Positions 23,236 to 25,943 of a DNA stretch of 25,943 nucleotides are shown here, one piece after another. The DNA is from a virus (Duplodnaviria; Caudoviricetes). Each line of letters begins with the position of its first letter. Position 1 is the stretch's first letter. A model generated the notes under the pieces. That model ran no database searches and was not told the origin of the DNA. It was given only the letters and a program-made list of their open reading frames with translations. Location of the stretch: positions 1 through 25,943 of the IMG/VR virus record IMGVR_UViG_3300020138_000016, one strand, 5' to 3'. A program made the position numbers and the translations under genes.

Positions 23236-23709
23236 CTACGGGAACGAGCGCAGCACCCGGTAGGTGATGCCGTTGTTGTTGGCATCGATCACTTCGAGCT
23301 GTGCACCCTTGTAGCTGATCGTGCTCGATTCGCTGAGGTCGTACTCCACCTCGTTGTTGTAGGCAGGACGCGCCATGTCGTTGCCGAATTCGCGGTAGCC
23401 GATATTGATCTTGTTGCCCACGCGCCCGTTGTACAGCAACGTCTGCTGAAAGCTCTGTGCCTGCGCGGACATCACCGTCTTGCGCTGGTAGCCCGTCGTG
23501 TAGCACACCTTCGAGCCCATGCCGGCGATCACACAAAGCTCGGTCGGCGGCCCTGCTTTGGGTACAGCCAGCGCGTGCGGCGCATCGCTCAGAAAGCTGT
23601 TCCAAGTGACCATGCCACCAGAGCCCACGCTGGCGTAGAACCAGAATTTCTTGTCGTCGCCCACCTGTTTGTACGTGCCGGCCGGAATCTGATATGTGGC
23701 CTTGTCCAC
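23236..23709 (-). CDS. Conserved-looking hypothetical moron protein, possibly 5'-truncated
   Basis: Beta-rich C-terminus FQQTLLYNGRVGNKINIGYREF...ARPAYNNEVEYDL...YKGAQLEV. Only a weak GTG start and no RBS. Confidence 0.6.
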   Translation of the reverse strand: MDKATYQIPAGTYKQVGDDKKFWFYASVGSGGMVTWNSFLSDAPHALAVPKAGPPTELCVIAGMGSKVCYTTGYQRKTVMSAQAQSFQQTLLYNGRVGNKINIGYREFGNDMARPAYNNEVEYDLSESSTISYKGAQLEVIDANNNGITYRVLRSFP

Positions 23710-23760
23710 TCGCTGCGGTATTACCAGAGGCCCGCGGCCGCCAGAAAAAATGACCGCGCA

Positions 23761-24207
23761 TCAGGCGGCTTCCTGCCGCACCTCCCAGCCCAGCATAGCC
23801 AGGCCCACGGTCTTCGGGATGGGTTTCTCGCCGCTGCGGTAGTAGGCCAGCATGCGCCGGCTGATGCCGAGCGCATCGGCCGCGGTATCGAGGGACAACT
23901 GGTGCCGGTGCATCCAGACCACCAGCTGCTGGTGCGAGTATTCGCCGGCCTGTTCGAGCGCCATCGCGCGGAGGTTGTCGCTGGCCAGGGACAGGCCGTC
24001 ATCGCCGGCGAACGTCACGCCGAGGCGCCATTCGTCCGGCGCGACTTGCGCGAATATCTTGGCGCTGCCGAGTCGGGCCAGTGTGGGGTGTCGGGCGATG
24101 GTGTCAGCCAGGTCGACCTCGGTACTGAGGCCGTCGGCAAAGGTCAGCGCCAGCCGGTATGGGCCGGCAGCGGCGACCTGGGTGAGGGTGAATTGCGGCT
24201 GGTTCAT
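23761..24207 (-). CDS. DUF2442 + HTH protein, putative antitoxin, 148 aa
   Basis: YRLALTFADG...VDL N-domain and HTH LSLDTAADALGISRRMLAYYRSGEKPIPKTVGLA. ATGA overlap with the toxin. Confidence 0.85.
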   Translation of the reverse strand: MNQPQFTLTQVAAAGPYRLALTFADGLSTEVDLADTIARHPTLARLGSAKIFAQVAPDEWRLGVTFAGDDGLSLASDNLRAMALEQAGEYSHQQLVVWMHRHQLSLDTAADALGISRRMLAYYRSGEKPIPKTVGLAMLGWEVRQEAA

Positions 24208-24434
24208 GGGTTCAGCTCCTGCCACTTGGCGATGAGGGCTTGTTTGTTGACGGTGGCCCATGCCAAGGCCGGGGCCAGTTCGCGGGGCTTCAGCGAACTG
24301 GTGAGGATGGCGAACGTCTCGATGACCACCAGCGCCTCCCGGCCATCGCGCATGCGTACGTGGAAGTGCGGCGGCAGATGATCGCCGGCATACATCGTGA
24401 TGGTTGAATTCGCGAGGCGGATGATCGTGGGCAT
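24204..24434 (-). CDS. DUF4160 protein, putative type II toxin, 76 aa
   Basis: MPTI...ITMYAGDHLPPHFHV...WA...LIAKW is the DUF4160 signature. Confidence 0.88.
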   Translation of the reverse strand: MPTIIRLANSTITMYAGDHLPPHFHVRMRDGREALVVIETFAILTSSLKPRELAPALAWATVNKQALIAKWQELNP

Positions 24435-24440
24435 GGGTAA

Positions 24441-24480
24441 ATCATAGTGCAACCATTGCACCAATGCAACCATTGCACTA
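24441..24480 (-). promoter_or_regulatory. TA promoter with tandem palindromic operators
   Basis: TTGCAT-N17-TATGAT (24469 to 24441), ending 6 nt before the toxin ATG. Two copies of TGCAACCATTGCAC overlap it. Confidence 0.75.
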
Positions 24481-24569
24481 TTTACCATTTATGATTTGTT
24501 CAGTTAATCGCCAACGTCCGGACGCGATCTGACAATAATCAGGTGTCGGCAGGGCCTGCCGACGCATCG

Positions 24570-24600
24570 AAAGCCCCGCCATCGCGCGGGGCTTTTTGTT
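24570..24600 (+). terminator. Intrinsic terminator ahead of the head genes (tR'-like)
   Basis: AAAGCCCCGC-CATCGC-GCGGGGCTTT TTGTT, preceded by a second hairpin GTCGGCAG-GGC-CTGCCGAC (24545-24563). Confidence 0.75.
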
Positions 24601-24625
24601 GGCCCCGGCCCACCGACCGGATCGC

Positions 24626-24841
24626 ATGGCCACACTGCAAGACCAACTTGACGAAGCCATCGCTGCCCGCCACGCCTGGCGCACCGGCGCGACGCGTTCG
24701 TCGGTGACCTTCGGCGATCGCACGATCCAGTACTCCGTCGAGGGCCTGAAGCAGATCGACGCCTACATCGCCGAGCTGCGTCGCGCGCTGGCCGGCACCA
24801 CCCGGTCGCGCAATCGCGTCACCTACGCGGTGCCTGACTGA
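24626..24841 (+). CDS. gpW-family head-tail joining protein, 71 aa
   Basis: LDEAIAARHAWRTG...SVTFGDRTIQYS...IDAYIAELRRAL; immediately before the portal gene. Confidence 0.88.
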   Translation: MATLQDQLDEAIAARHAWRTGATRSSVTFGDRTIQYSVEGLKQIDAYIAELRRALAGTTRSRNRVTYAVPD

Positions 24842-25943
24842 TGGCCGGCCACGCGTCCGCCAACGTCGCCGCGGATCGCCTGAGTGCGATCATCTCGGTC
24901 GATCGTGACCAGCGCGCCGCGCTGCCGACCGCCCAGGCATCGGCGCCGACGGAAGTGCAGGGCACGCGCTGGCGCGGCGCCTCGCGCACGCTGCGCAGCT
25001 TACAGAATTGGTTCGCGACCATCGGCAGCGCCACCAGCGACCTGCCGGCGCATGAACTGCGCACGCTGCGCGCCCGCTCGCGTGACGCCTTCCGCAACTA
25101 CCCGCTCGCCCGCGCGGCTCTGCTTCGCCCGCGCACGGCTGTGGTCGGCACTGGCATCGTCTGTCGCCCCTCCGTCGACTACCAGGCGCTGGGCATCACG
25201 GCGGAAGAGGGCGAGGTCTTCAACGCCCAGCTGCGTGCCGGCTGGGAGCGCTGGGCCGAAGACCCGCGCGAGTGCGACGTGGAGGGCACGCACGACATCT
25301 ACGGCCTGCAGGGCCTGGCGCTGCTCTCGGCCATGTCCAGCGGCGATCTGTTTGCGATCACCCCCATGGAGATCCGCCCCGGCGGCGTGGGCGAGCTCAA
25401 GGTGCAGCTGATCGAGGCCGACCGCGTCAGCAACCCCAACGATGGCGTGGACACGGCCACCTGCGTCGACGGCATCCAGCTCGATGGCGTGATGCCGGTT
25501 GGCGCGTGGATCCGCAACACGCACCCCGGTGATCGCATCAGCCTGCGCGTGCCGCGCTGGACGTACTACCCGATGTTCGGCGCCGATACCGGCCGCCGCC
25601 GCGTGCTGCAGGTCTGGAATGACAAGGAGCGGCCGGGCCAGCTGCGCGGCGCGCCGTTCCTTGCGCCGATCCTGGAGCCGCTGAAGCAGATCGAGCGGTT
25701 CAGCGGCGCCGAGCTCATGGCCGCCGTGATCTCCGCCATGCTCACCGTGTTCATCGAGAAGGAAGGCGAGGAGACCGACGAGGCCGGCAATCCATTGCCC
25801 GCCTTCGAGGGTGACGGCGGATCGCTGTCGCTCGGCAACGGCGCCATCGTCGACCTGGCGCCCGGCGAAAAGGCGAACGCGGTCGATCCGTCGCGGCCCA
25901 ACGCGAACTTCGACCCTTTCTTCATGAGCATCGTGAAGCAGAT
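24841..25943 (+). CDS. Phage portal protein, lambda family, 3'-partial
   Basis: Manual translation from ATG 24841 (TGATG overlap): ...LRARSRDAFRNYPLA...VVGTG...KVQLIEADRV...RPGQLRGAPFLAP... Confidence 0.93.
   Translation, partial: MAGHASANVAADRLSAIISVDRDQRAALPTAQASAPTEVQGTRWRGASRTLRSLQNWFATIGSATSDLPAHELRTLRARSRDAFRNYPLARAALLRPRTAVVGTGIVCRPSVDYQALGITAEEGEVFNAQLRAGWERWAEDPRECDVEGTHDIYGLQGLALLSAMSSGDLFAITPMEIRPGGVGELKVQLIEADRVSNPNDGVDTATCVDGIQLDGVMPVGAWIRNTHPGDRISLRVPRWTYYPMFGADTGRRRVLQVWNDKERPGQLRGAPFLAPILEPLKQIERFSGAELMAAVISAMLTVFIEKEGEETDEAGNPLPAFEGDGGSLSLGNGAIVDLAPGEKANAVDPSRPNANFDPFFMSIVKQ

Overview
Left end and early/middle region of a GC-rich temperate phage or prophage. The host is probably Xanthomonadales-like (inference). 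From left to right: (i) a 42-bp quasi-palindromic att site containing the 3' end of a tRNA-Glu, read through by a large serine recombinase that the ORF track misses because it runs off the window edge; (ii) a long, translationally coupled leftward early operon (poly-HTH protein, HerA/DUF87-like ATPase, MazG-like mosaic protein, ParB-like protein); (iii) a lambda-like cI/cro switch with five 18-bp operators; (iv) a rightward operon with a CII-like gene, primase-helicase, lambda-type terminase and a Q-like gene; (v) a DUF4160/DUF2442 toxin-antitoxin moron, then gpW and a partial portal gene. Two systems stand out. First, a complete diversity-generating retroelement (DGR) sits in the early operon rather than the tail region. 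It has an RT, Avd, a 108-nt template repeat lying in frame inside the RT ORF, and two small paralogous DUF1566-like targets whose variable repeats differ from the template at 12 and 16 adenine positions. Second, a 394-bp integron-type gene cassette with a canonical 58-bp attC carries a phage-type gene in reverse orientation. It is inserted into the phage gene just upstream of DGR target 1, and removing it in silico restores an intact 64-aa ORF that is coupled on both sides. All family assignments come from motif recognition by eye; no database searches were run.
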